From: Cenococcum geophilum
Lineage: Eukaryota
NCBI GenBank assembly: GCA_050273025.1
Contig: CP158635.1
Span: 13,082,001 to 13,146,000 of the forward strand
Direction of reading: 5' to 3'
DNA: 64,000 nt
Shown here piece after piece: positions 25,080 to 38,563 of the stretch (positions within the stretch are counted from its first letter, which is position 1; the number at the start of each line of letters is the position of its first letter). The position numbers and the translations under genes were made by a program. Below the pieces are notes generated by a model. It was given only the letters and a program-made list of their open reading frames with translations. It did not search any database and was not told the DNA's origin.

Positions 25080-28000
25080 AGTATTATAAACTATTACTCT
25101 ACTACTGTAGAGTTACTAGGGGGCACCTACTGCTCGCCCCCTTGCCTTTTATTACTATTTCCCTTATAACCCGGAACTGATTTAGTACATTTTAACTAAT
25201 AAGCCACTGGGTAACCGCCTTAAGGCCTTTTTATATTAAAAGCAGTATATTATAGTTCTCTGTGCTAGCTGCTAAAAGTATTATTTCTGTTACGGGACGG
25301 GGCAGTGGCTATAAGACGTATGTATTTGAGGAGTTTACAAGACGTTGCGCGATCGATCGTAAGGGTTGAGGGCGTAAGGAGGTGATATACCTACGCGTAG
25401 CTGACATAAGCTATACGCGAGGTATACGCAAGAGCACGGGGCTCTCCTATGGAGGCCCCTGCGGTGGAGTTCCGTAATACTACCCCCCCTCCTATAGAGG
25501 CGGAGCTCCGGTGACGCTGTGGTTACTATATATATATAGAAGGGACACTTAGGGTATAGAAAAGAAGAAAGGGGGGTATTACTAAAGGCTTAAAACAACG
25601 TTATGTGATAAGGCTTGGCATCTAAGAATCCGACTAATTAGACAACTTTAACCGCTGGTTAAAGTTCCTAGACATCTTAACAATATTCCGGTTATGTAAT
25701 CGCACTTTACCGCAATCTAATAGCAATTTAACGGTAATTTACCCCTACGTGGTAATATATAACGGTTTAACTCTATAAGGGCTTCTATAGAGGATTAGGT
25801 ATAAAATCTCTGCTTAGGCCCGGTTTCTATAGGTTCGCGTAGTAAAAGTCACTAATTAGATCCTTTGCATTTTTGAAGTCTTCCTATAGTTGCTATTCTG
25901 GCTAATCTATATTGAATCCTATATATATAGCTCTATAATAGAGCCGTCGTCCTCTGCCTTTGCTAAAGTATTTAGAGTTAATAATTCGTTTAACGGTCTA
26001 CTCCTTATGGTTCTTATCTTTATTCTTATCTCGGATTAGTACTAGTAGGGGTTTAGGCTATATCTACCCCGGTAAGGGGTTAGGCTAGTAAAGGTATAGT
26101 AGCTATAGGTAAAATACAGGCTATATTCCGCGGGTGGCTAGGGTAGGTGGGAGCTCTAGCTCGTATGCGGCTCCCCTATTAATAACTCGTTTAATTAGGT
26201 AGGGGCCGAGGTTCTTATAATCGAGTGACTTTATAGGCCTCTGCGTAGAGATATTATGTGTATCTAGCTATACCTAGTCGCCAACACGCATCTCTGGTGG
26301 TGGCGTTCTATAACAGTCGGCGAAGTAGGCCTACTTTGCTTAAGCCTAGGCCATTTCTCCCTTATAGTAGTTGAGTAGATTTTTTATGCGGTTTATATAC
26401 TGGTTGGTAAGTAGTATCTTAAGGCGTTTTCCATATGGTAGTTTCTTATTAATAGGTTTTAGTGGTTCTATGCTGGATTAGAAGTAATATCCCTTATTTG
26501 CGAAGAACGGGGTAAGTTCTATAGTAGTTAAGACGTAGTTATTTACTGCGAATTTACCTAGTAGGAGGTAATCCACCCAGTTATCTTAACTATAGGCGAC
26601 TACCTGTTATAGGTACGCTTTTATACTAGTATTAGCGTTTTCTGGTTGCCTAGCAGTTTCGTAATAAAAGGATATAGACATCTTAACGGAAATGCTAAGG
26701 CGTTGGCAGATTTGTCTCTATATATTAGAGCCGAACTATATGCTTTAGTTGGACGTAATCGAGTTAGGTAACCTATGTAATCGGTAGATTTCGCGGAAAA
26801 AGGCGTTAGTGATATCGCTGACGGCTACGCCTTTGGTTAGGACGTAGTGGCGCTCTTTTATAAGTCGGCATATTATTATAAGGGTGTTCTTATAGGTACG
26901 GCTATATCGCTTATAGGGTGGTAGGTCAATAATGAAATCTATGGCGATATCTGCCCATCGTTATATAGGTACTAGTAGAGGGTGCAGTAGTCCTTAGTAC
27001 TTTGTATTAAAGGCCTTAGCGCGCTTATAACTATAGTAGGCGCCTATAAAGCGTTTAACTAAGTCTATTATTTTAGGCCAGAAGTAGTATTGGCTAAGAA
27101 GCTTATAGGTTCCTCTTTTACCTGGGTGGCCGCTTAATCGGAGGTTATAGGCCATTTGGATTAGTTGCCGTTATAGATTTTTTAAGTTAGGGATAAATAG
27201 ATGGCCTCTATAATAGAGCCTATTCTCTTTTACTTTTAAGGCTGCCATATTAATCTAGCCTAAGCTTTAAAGTTTAGTCGGCAGTATACGGGCGCTAGCG
27301 GTCTTTGCGGTAATAAGTTAATATAGTAATGGGTTAATAGAGGTGTTATATACCGTAGTAATAAGCTTATTAATTTCGGGAGGTAATTTTAGTTCTGTGG
27401 TGTAGAGCTAAGGTATAGTTAGCTCTATTATAGGTAGCATACCTAGGGCCAAATTCCGTACTTTTAGGATCGTCTGTTGTTGGAACTAGTTGTAAGGGTT
27501 ATCTTTAGACTAAGGAAGGTCTTATAAGCGGCGTGTTAGGCTATTAGGCTTAGTACCTTATACTCCTAGCCTATATACGATTTTAAAGTTAAAACTAGAG
27601 AGGAACTTGTTCTAGCGTACTTAGCGTTAGTTTAGCTATTTTATAGTTATAAAGTACTTAAGGTTATAATAATCCGTAAGGACTTTAGTTGGCTAGTTAG
27701 GTTTTGCTAAGGAGAGTTCTAGTTAGAATTCCTTAAACGCTTATATAATTGTGAGAAGTTCCTTATTATAGATCTTATAGTTATATTCTTATAGTATAAG
27801 CTTAGATAAATAGAATATAACTAGGTAGAGGAGACCGTTATTACCTATCTAGGAGAGGATACCTGCGTTAACGTAGTCTGAGGAGTTAGTTTTAAGATAG
27901 AGTTATTATCCTGGTATAAAGTAAGCTAGGATAAGTGCTTTAGTAAAAGCATCTTTAAGGTCTTAGAACGCCTTCTCGTATTTAGGCGTCCAGATAAAAT

Positions 28001-31000
28001 ATAAATATGTTTTTCTTCCTTTTATAGAAAGGCCCTTTGTTTGCATTATTGCTATAAGTAGTGCTATAACACCTGAGAAGTTATATATAAATTTTTAATA
28101 AAAGTTGGTGAAACTAAGGAAAGCTTATACGTCTTTAATGCAGTTAGGGGTTTACCATTCGGTAATTATATGTACCTTCTTAGGGTCTATACAGACACCC
28201 TTAGTAGTAATAATTAGTTTAAGGTATTTTACTTCTGTAACTGAGAATTTGTACTTCTTTAAATTAATATAAAGTCCTATGTCCCTAAGGCGCTGTAGGA
28301 CCTTTTAAACGTGCTCAGTATGCTTAGAAGGGTTATTACTATAAATAAGTATATCGTCTAGGTACGCAGAGTAGAAGTCGTTAAGGTAGTCCTATAAGGC
28401 GTTATTAATATAGCTTTAAAAGCTGCCTAGGCCGTTATATACGCTAAAGGGTATAACGGTATATTTAAATTGGCCAAAGCGCGATATAAATGCGGTTTTC
28501 TATTTGTCACCTTCTCGTATTTAAAGGCGGTTAAAGGCGGCGATAATATCGAGCTTAGTATAGATTTTGGCTTAGCTAAGCCGCTTAAGAGTCTTACGTA
28601 TAAGTAGTATAGGGTATTAGTTCTTAATTGTAATAGCGTTAAGTCCTCTATAGTTAACGTAGAATTAAATACCTCCTCCTAGCTTCTTAGTAAGGAGGAT
28701 AGGAGCGGCTGCTAGGGACATGCTGGGGCGAATAAACCCTTTATTAAGGTGTTTGTTAATATACTTTTTAATAACTAGAAGTTCGTTTTTTAATATTAGG
28801 TAGGGTCTCTTATAGAGTAGCGTTTTTCCTTATTTAATATTAATGGTATAGTTATTAGGTTAATGTAGGGGGAGTATATCTGCGCTCTTTTATAAGCACA
28901 CGTTAATAAAGTTATGGTACCTTTTAGGGAGGAGCTTACGGAGTTCCTTATTAGTAAGTCCTTTTTTAAGCTTTATAAACTTCTTAAAGTCTAAAGGTAA
29001 AAGTCCATAGAGTTCTATGGGGGCATCGTTTTCTAAAAGGTTAACTATATCTATTCTGTTACTATAGAGGATATAGTTCTGTTCTTTATTAAGCTTATAT
29101 AGTTATAATTGGGAGGCTGCGGTAACAGTCTAGCCTTTCCTACGTGCTATATGGTAGAAGGCCGCGGCACTTATATAGTGGTAGTTGGTTATAGGTAGGG
29201 TAATAAGGGGTTCCTTAGGTTGGTATCCTAAGGAGTAGATAGAGGCGGCTAGGCTATATCCTAAGTAGGTCTCTCTACAGTATTTAGAGTTAAAGGTTAC
29301 TTCTCTCTTTTTCTAGTTAATGGTGGGGTTATATTATTTAAGCCAGTTTATTCTAAGGATAATAGGGTAGTTAGCAAGTAGTGTAATATAGGCCTAGAGT
29401 TCTTCCTGGTGCCTATTTATATCTAGGTGGAGTTATGCTATATAGGTAATCTTCTATGTGGTATAACTACTATTGGCAAGTTATAGGGCGCGGGCTTTAG
29501 TAAGGGGTAAGGTAAGTAGGTTATAAGTACACATAAATTAGGTATCTATAAATTTATTAGTAGCTCCGCAATTAATTATAGAACGGCTTTTATATTATTT
29601 TTTAGCAGTAGTTCCTATTACGGGTAAAACTATCTATTTCTGTCTATTTATCTTTACTAAGTTATCTATTAAGCAGGCCGATATATAGATCCCCTTATTA
29701 TTAGGGCGTCCCAACCTGCGACTTAGGGCTAGGACTTGGCGTTTTCCGTTTCCGTATCCAACTCTACCTCTATTACTGCGTCTTTATTTTATACAGTAGT
29801 GGCATATAGTAACGTATTTAGTGTTTAAGGTACTAGGTTAGATATTAGGCGGCAGCTGCTAAACCTAGCTATTAGGCAGTTTAGGCTATAGCTATAATAA
29901 CCTTCTTAACAATATTTATAGTAACGCTTTAGCTTCTAAAGTAGCTCGCGTTCTCCGTCTAGTAGCTTCTACGGGAAGGTTAGTATAGAAAGGTTAATAT
30001 TAGGACTAGTAGTATTACTTAGGGTAGTAGGCGTTAGTAGTTTAATAGGTCCGGAGGGCTTCTATAGGGAGGTCTTTAGGTAGGGGTTTGCAGTAGCGAT
30101 CTAATTTAGTTATTATTTAATCTTCTGTATAGCTGCTACTATATTATAAACATTATTATAGTTATAGCTAGCGGCTGCGTAACTAAGGTAATAAGTGACT
30201 TTTTTAAGGAGATCTTTCTGGTCTTTAGTATTGTCTTAGGTAAAGGCTCCGGTGTATTTCTGGAATTTAATATAAAACTCGTTAAATAATTTAGTGGGGC
30301 TTATCTTTAGGGTACGTAGTTTAGCTTCGTTAGTAGCTAGTAGGTTATAGTCGCGGTATATTAGGTTGAGATCGTTAAGGACTTCTTAGTAGGACTACTA
30401 CTTTTAGGGGCTATTAGTCTCCTATTAGGCGAAGAGTCTATTAAACGGTATACCCTTTATTCGCCCAATAATATAGCTAATCTTAGTATCTTTTATAGGA
30501 AAAAGGTAGGCGCTTTAAGTTAGTTTCTTATGGATTTATATCTTCTAGTGGCTATATTCTTTACAGTCTCCCTAGAAAACTAGGGGATTAAGGTAACGTA
30601 CATTAGACCCTATAGTAATAGCTTAGGTTTAGTCGTTATAGCTTTCGTTATCGCTTTAGTAGGGGTTCCTATTAGATAAGGCTGCTTGGCGCTAACCCTC
30701 CGTTAAGCGTTAAGTAGGTAAAGTTGCTAGGGGCGTAAAGACTTAAGTGGCGTTATATATAATAAAGAGGTATCTAGCGTTATTACAAATGTGCTTATTA
30801 AGCTAAGATTATAGGTATTTAATTATGCCTTCTCTTTTAGTGACCGTAGCAATAAGTGCGATCTCAGCCTTCTTTAACTATTAGATGTCGCGTTTAGACA
30901 CACGGAGGTCGTCTTCGGTTTCTTAACGCGTATTATTAGCGAGCGCCTCGCGAGCTTATAGGTCTTAGATAATATCGCGATCTTAGGCAGTACGCATCTT

Positions 31001-34000
31001 AGCTCATATAAGCTTTAGGTAGTAGTTCTATAAAAGGCGGTAGTATTTATTAGGTTCTTATACTACCATTTTTATAAACGTCTTGGCGTCTTGTATTTTA
31101 ATTTTAATAGGTAATAGCCCTTCCGCTTACTTATCCGTAGTTATATAGTTAATAAAAGATAAGACATTATTGGTGTCTATCTCCTTAGGGGTTAAGGCTA
31201 GGGCTGATAAATCAAATTCTCCTAGGATTAATTGGCGTCGTAGGTTAAGTATAGGTATTAGATTGTTCTTTAGGTTTAATATAATAGCTAGTAAGAAATA
31301 TTATTTTACTATTATAGGTTCCTTGGAAGTATAAAGTAAGGTAACTCGTAGGCACGCTACTTCTAGCAGCACCTATAGTATTACAGAGACGTAGAATTAG
31401 TTGTAGGCTGGGTGTCGGTAGTAAAAAGGCGCAACGTAATGTCACGGGACGGGGCAGTGGCTATAAGACGTATGTATTCGAGGAGTCTACAAGACGTTAC
31501 GCGATCGATCGTAAGGGTCGAGGGCGTAAGGAGGTGATATACCTACGCGTAGCTGACATAAGCTATACGCGAGGTGTATGTAAGAGCACGGGGCTCTCCT
31601 ATAGAGGCCCCTGCGGTAGGGTTCCGTGACAATTTCTTAATTAGTGCGTAGGGGGCATAGTAGTATTATATGTTTTAGTGTCTATTTTAGCTAGCTACAT
31701 TCGCATCTTAGGCTACTTACTAGGATACCCACCCAGTAAAGCCAATCTTTTAGTCCTATTATTCCTATTCTTAAGAGTGTTGCTATTATGTTTTCTGCCT
31801 TTATTAGGCCTTCTTAGAGCCCTTAGGTATTTACCCCCTATAGCGTTAACTATACTATAGCTTAGGTTTATCTTGCCTAAGTTAACCTCTATACCTTTAA
31901 CTCCTATTTACCTCTCTAGCGTTAGTCCAACCAGTATTATATTATAGTAGATGGTTTCCTAGCGTTCTTATATATTCTACTTTAGCTCCTTTCTCTATCT
32001 TACTATTATCTTTACTAACCTCTTATATGTCTCCCTTCCTCCTTTATATAGGCCTAGGCCCTAAAGCGGCACTATTCTTCTTCTGCTTTCTTTACCTGTT
32101 TCTCTAATATCTCTTCCCTACTTTAGGGTTATTGGTTTATTCTCCTATAGGGCACCCTAGGGTCCCTTTATAGTTTACTTAGGCGTATCTTAATATACTT
32201 TATAATATTAGAGTTACGTTTATTTTATATCCTTTATATTATAGCGGCTTTAATATATAACTATAGGGGGGGAATATTAGATTCCTTCTTAAGCAGTACT
32301 GTGGCCGTTCGCTTATACCCACCTATAATACTCTAGAGGTAGGCTATCTAGACCTTTTAAAGTAATTTAAGAAGTAATTTAGGGGGGCCCTTCTTAGTTT
32401 CTCTAATAGCCTAAATACTGGATCTATATGTTATGGTTGGCCGGATAACTGCTATATATAGTAGGCGTAACCTCTAGAAGTATGGACCCTATATAGAATT
32501 AACAATCCTAAATAAAGTAATGAACTGTGCTTGGCCTTTATAGGCCGCTTATGCCGTATATGCGCTTTACCAGAGCTTGCTGTCTACCTATACTCCTAAT
32601 ACCCTTAGGCCCTAAACTGGTTAACCCTTAAAGCCTTAGATATAAATTATATGCTAGAGATCTGCAAATTAGTTGTGTTTTTTTATAAAATAGATTAGCT
32701 AGTATTTCTCTAGTAAGAATTAGACTTTATAACGTTTTACCTATTCTATATAAGTGTTATAGGCTTTCTTTAGTGTTCTGTAATTCTTTGCGGCTGTTAG
32801 CCCGTATATAATTAGGTTTGTATTATTAATAAAGCTTATCCCCTAGGTCGCCCCTTCCTTAAAAGAGTTAAGTAGGTTGCTTATAAAGAAAAGGAAGAGT
32901 ATAGGTAAGAGGGGTAATCCTTATAGTATTTCTATTATAACTGTAATAGGGGGGCTCTAGTATCCGCTAAAGACTAGTAATGTTTTTTTCTGGCTTATAA
33001 ACCCTTAGATAAATTATATAATCTATTCTAGAAAGCCCTTTGCCCTAAGGATATATAGGAGGCGCTTATAGGGTATATTGTTATAGGCACTACTAATATC
33101 TAGGCTAAGTATTAATACTATAAAGTCCTTTTGTATCGCCTATGTAGATTTAATAGTAGTAGCGAGTAGCGTAAGTGCTAATAGTGTTAAGCGGTTCTTT
33201 CTTGCCCCTATTTAGCTTTATAGTAGTAAGGTATATTCCTCTACTATATCTACTATGCGTTCCGCTATTACCCTTTCTAAGATCTTACTAAGGGTATTTT
33301 CTAAGGCAATAGGGCGGTAGCTTTCTAGGATTAAGTAATCTGCTTTACCTTCTTTTTATAGGATAACCGTCGTTATAGATCTTCTAAGTCGTAGGTAGTA
33401 GCCTATAGTAAAGTATACTCTAGCTATATCTATAAGCTAAGGTGCTATAAGTGGCCTATAGGTTTTTAGGGCCTTATTTAGAATCCTATCTAGTCTTAGT
33501 GCTATATTGTTTAAAAGGCGGCTAATAGTTTTAGCCATTTCCTCTATTATTATATCGCTATTGACCCATAAGTAAGTTACTGGTGTTTTGCCTGTAATAT
33601 TACTAAGGTCTGCTAGAGCTAGTTAAGGGAAGAACCTTTCTATAAGGATCTTTACCTTTTTATTATTATTGTTTATAGCCTATAATTCTCCTACTCTTTA
33701 TAAGGGTAGTAGGTGTGGGTTTTCTGCTAGGCGCCCTACCTTTTTTTTTTATACCTATTTTGCTATAGCCTAAAGGCCCTTATTATAGGGGAGGCTTAGG
33801 TTAGAAGTATGCTTATTTATAAACCGTCTCTAGTTATTTCTTACTTTTTTTTTTAGGGTATTCTTTAGCTGGTTTTTTATGTTTTTATATTATCTCTTGT
33901 CTTTAGGGTTATGGCTACTTATATATTTCCTTTTTGCTTATTATTAGCTAGTAATTAGAACTGCGCATTATATAGACTATATGTGTTGTGTATAGGGGCC

Positions 34001-34900
34001 TAGTTTTAAGATCGGGCAGTGCTCTTTTAGCCTATTTTTAATTGCTGCCTAGATCCTTTCTAGTCTTTAGTTAATTTCCTTAGGGGTGGCTAATAAGCCT
34101 CGCTTATTTGGTATTAGGTGGATTTCTTCTAGGTCTTAAAGTTGTTGTTTAACTGCATTAAGGAAACTATCTATCTTAAGCTTCCTTATTGCGTATCTTT
34201 TTCTATTTAGTTGCGCTTTAGTATTTAGGTCTAGCTGTATCTAAATAGGGATATAGTTTAGGGTGAGTGCCTATTCTTTTTCAAGGTTATACCTTTTAAG
34301 TCTCTAATATAGGCCTTTGTCTATAAATATAAGGTTAATTATACTTCTAGTGGTGCCTTATTACTATATAATTGCTTTTAGGAGGGTGGCTAGCTTAAGG
34401 CCCTAGATATCTATAGCTCTTAATAGGCACTCTAACTATTAATCTGCAGTAATATAGATACCCCCCCACTATAGGTAGTGGAGGTTTATGTCTTCTAGTA
34501 GAATAAACTCTATACCTTTGGTTTTTAGTAAGCTTATTACTAATATAATATTCTCTATTTATAGGACCCCTTTAACCCTAGGGTTATATATATTAATAAT
34601 TTATACCAGTCCCCTATATATTTGGATTATTATAACTGTAATATCTAGGTTAACTACCTGCTATAATTATAAGGATAGGCTAATAGCCTTGCTAATTATA
34701 AAGCACATATGTATAGCTGCTTTTAGTTTATATAGGAGCTGGAATCCTTGGGGGCAGTATATTAATTATATAAAGGTATTGTAATACGGTTCTTATATAG
34801 TAAGGATATAATATTTCTCTAGGTCTAGACTATTTAGTAGAGGCCTTATAAGGTGGTGGTTTATGTTGCTGTAGTTATACTATATAATAGATAGGTAGCG
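25080..34900 (-). pseudogene. LINE ORF2 (APE endonuclease-RT), split by Gypsy-C; ends approximate
   Basis: De-RIP QYNC and AIQEP (~34790-34880), GKADYS.PESYRPIALENTL, SLDISGAYDN, GIPQGSPLSPILFLF and SFIDDT (~32830). Confidence 0.9.
25288..31631 (-). mobile_element. Gypsy-C, full-length chromovirus
   Basis: 192-bp LTRs at 25288-25479 and 31440-31631. TSD ATTTC (25283-25287 and 31632-31636). PPT ~25483. gag ~31258-29727, RT SAYLDD ~28360, integrase, chromodomain ~25900. Confidence 0.96.
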
Positions 34901-36574
34901 GACCCCCAGCGAGGGTCCTTTAACTCTTCTTTATTTCTTACTTCTTCTATTTCCACTTTCTCTAGGATATTTAGAGCTTTTATCTCTTATATCTATATCT
35001 TAGTTACTACTTATTTTATATAGAGCTTTCTATTCCTATATTTTATATTTTTATTAGCGCTTCTATATCTAAATCTGTTATTATTACCAGTTCTTCCCCT
35101 ATTCTTACTAGTTGGCTATATACCCTTTATAGGTTGGCTATAAATGTTATATTTACCGCATTAAGTCTAATTCTTAATTATCTTAGTCTTAAGCCTACTA
35201 TTGCTGTCTATAGGGGTCTTCCTATAGGGCGTCCTCTCCCTTATATCCCCTATAACCCTTATATCCCTAATTAGTTTAGTAATATTACACGGCGTTACTT
35301 CTAGCCTATTAAGGCTTGGGATAGCTGGCCTAGCCCTCTAGTATTAAAGGTAGGAAACGCTAGGAAGGCGCCTACGTCTCCCTAGCTTATTGCCTATTGT
35401 TTCTATTTATATAACCTGGCGTGTAGTTATTTCCGTAGCTATTAAGCCCTTGCCTTCTATCTCCTATATTTAATGCAGTTTTCTCTTTCCTATGCCTTAT
35501 ATATGCTTTAGTAGTAGTTCGCGTATTTTATTTAGTCTTAATTTAAGCAATGTCTTGTATTATAGGGGCCTATATAGTGGCCGCAGCATACCTATACTGC
35601 GTATATAGATTAGGTGTGTCCCTATTATATATAGCAATAGTATTATTTTAGGCGTAGTCTATAGTTATAGAGCCTTATATTATATATAAGGCCATTTATA
35701 ATTATTCCTTTTTAGATAAGGAGTTTTTGTATTCTTAGTATATATATACTAATAATAAGGGAGCTATACGTTTATCCGGCGTCTCCCTAGCAAGTCTCTA
35801 ACGACCCTTATATCCTCTCGTTGTTCTTATTATATACTTAGTTTATATTTTCCTGTTAAAGCTATTAGATTTAGGTGATTTTAAGTTCTAGTATAAGGCG
35901 TTCCGATTATCTTACTATCTCCTATATAATTACTATATTATTTACCTAGCGTCCCTTTTCTACCCTAAGGCTTATAGGAACCACTAGGACTTTAACTAGG
36001 TAATCCTTATAGAGTACTTTTATGCCAATATATTCTCCTAGCCTATCCTCTACCCTTATAGCTTATTCCTTTACCTATTAGTCCTTTAGGGTAACTCTAA
36101 TGTCTTCGCTCTTAAGGTATTAGACTATAATAGCGTTATAGACCTCTTTACGTATCTTTATAAGGACATCTATTTCTAATTATCCCCTAAGCCCCTCTAC
36201 TTATTCTATATTTAGTTATATTATAATTATATACCCAGTTATTAACTTAAGGGGGGTAGGTTCCCTGTGCTATAAAAGCGCAGCTATAGCGGCCTAGGTG
36301 CGGTTTACTAGTAAAGGGGAGTTATACTTATTTTTAATTTTACTTAGCCGTTAGAGGATTTAATTAAGGGTTTACTAAAGGGGCGCCTAAGGTTTACTAG
36401 ACTGGCGGAGCTATTCTACTAGCTGCATTAGTTTATTATAGCTAACGGTTACTCCCCTATAATTTTAAATACTAGACGTATCTAATAGGCTTTATATTTT
36501 ATTAGATGCCTTCTTAATAGAGGTATTTTCGCTTTATAGTATGGTATTTACCCGTCTTTATTATAGAGGGCCAT
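34900..36574 (-). pseudogene. LINE ORF1 (gag-like, Cys/His knuckles); 3' end approximate
   Basis: ATG at 36574. Knuckle remnants (CCGH...H.TRHC, NCI.(C)G..GH) at ~35420-35640. Confidence 0.75.
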
Positions 36575-38563
36575 TGCTAGGCGTAGTTCTAGCGGTCGCG
36601 CGTAAGTATAAGCCACCGTCGTTTGACGTGTGCCTCCCCTGCGATGCATGCATCTCAGGGGGATTCTCTGGGTGTTTTTTAGGGTTCTTTTGGTTGGTTT
36701 TGGTCTTTTTAGGCCGGGTGCAGCAAGAGCTCCTTTTTAGTGTTACATTATACGTAAACTATATAATTAGTAATAGCGATACCTAATTATTCTGCGCATA
36801 ATTAATATAATATCTTAGATACTATTCTAGTGTCTAATTTAATCTTTCCGTTTATTTATCCGTCTGCGGATAATATATAGTAGAAGTTACTGCTCTTACT
36901 TCCTACTCTGCTAAGAATACCTTCTAAAATCCTGCTATAAATCTTAGATCTCTATCTAATATAATTTTACTTAGTGCTCTATATCTTGCGAACACTTCTT
37001 TAATATAGATTTTAGTAATATCCTCCGCTGAGATTTCTTCTATACATACTACAAAGTAGCCCTATTTAGTTAACTTATCCACTATCCGCCCCACGGACTA
37101 TTTGCTTACGCTTATAGTCCTACATAGCTTAATAAAACACCGAGCTCAACGGAACACGAGCCCCACCACATGGTTTTAAAGCTATAGATTTCTACGTAGG
37201 CTATATATATACAGAAATCCTTGGTGGAGCACCTTAAGCAATAGCCTAGCTACAATCCTGCCAAATATTACGAGTCTGAGGCCCCTGCACGTTGTATAGC
37301 GTCCTCCTTTGCCTACTTCTTCATAGTATGTGCAGCCGCCCTACCTGCCTTCTCTGCTTCCTTTTGAACTCGTTGTAATACTTTAGGCCGTCCATCTACT
37401 ACAGATATTAAGCCTCCTTTTAAACAACCCGTTAGTCGGTTCTTTAACGCTTTGCGCGGGCGCGTACTACTACCTATATTAAATATAGGTCCTCCTCTAC
37501 CAATAAGTAAAGTATGGCATTCTTCCTAGCGCTCTAACACCGACGCGAAATCACGATTTGTCTTACTGGCTAAGTGTATCCTTTTAGTGTTTAATACACG
37601 AGTAACTATCCACTAGCTGCCACTAATTCTAATACAAAATCCAGACTTATTAAAGTTGTATTTGTTATATAGTAGAATACCCCATTACTCCTTTATATTC
37701 CTATATCGCGGCAAGATTATTTACAGTAGCTTAATTAATCTCTATAGGCTTTTGCTTAACCTTATATACTATTAGGTTTTATTTAAGAAATCTCTTAGTC
37801 CAGTTGCGTCTAAGAGTGCCGTTAAGCGCATGGAGCTTAAGGATACGCTGCGCGCAATTATGGACTTGATGGAACAGCTCGCCGACTTTAAGGCGGTCTA
37901 TTTAATTAATATAGGATAGGAGCATAGCCTTCTGGTGTTAATTAAGTATCTTATTACTGCTAGGCCTCTGCATCTTACTCTTAATGCCGTTAACGCGGTT
38001 ATAGATATATTTAAACGGCGCGTTATATAGGCGGGCTGCTAATTAAATATTAGGTGTTTTTATGCGTGATAACTTACGAAGTGCATCTTGCACGCGTATC
38101 TTAATAATTTCGGATTCTATAGGCATGGTTGTGGTAATTTAATTATATAAGGAAATAGGTAAGGCTTAATCTTAGGTATACGTTCCGTTAAACCCGGTGT
38201 TCCGTTAAGCTGCGTAGGACTATAAGCGTAAGCACGCAATGTCTTGTTCTTAGCGAGAGCTATATACCCTTAAATTTATATAGAATTTAACTTTTTACCA
38301 CACATGCAACCTTACCAAAAGGTAGCGCCGCACTTCAAAACTTACGCATACCCATCTTACCACCAAAAACAATCGATTTTCCAACTTTTAAGACCCAATT
38401 CCTACTGCCTAGCGAGCTTTAGGTGGATTTAATTGTCGTTTTACCCCCTTTCCCCTAACAGAAAATTCTTCTTAGGGGTGGTCCTAGCTTATAAGCGAGG
38501 CACGGACAGGAACACTAAACTACTACCACTACTACCACCACCAATACTAGGGGTCTAGTATTA

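Larger units (their letters stand above)
24844..36738 (-). mobile_element. Full-length Tad-like LINE (~5.5 kb net)
   Basis: 14-bp TSD AGTGTTACATTATA (24830-24843 and 36739-36752). (ATT)n 3' tail at ~24844. ORF1 and ORF2 both present. Interrupted by Gypsy-C. Confidence 0.93.
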
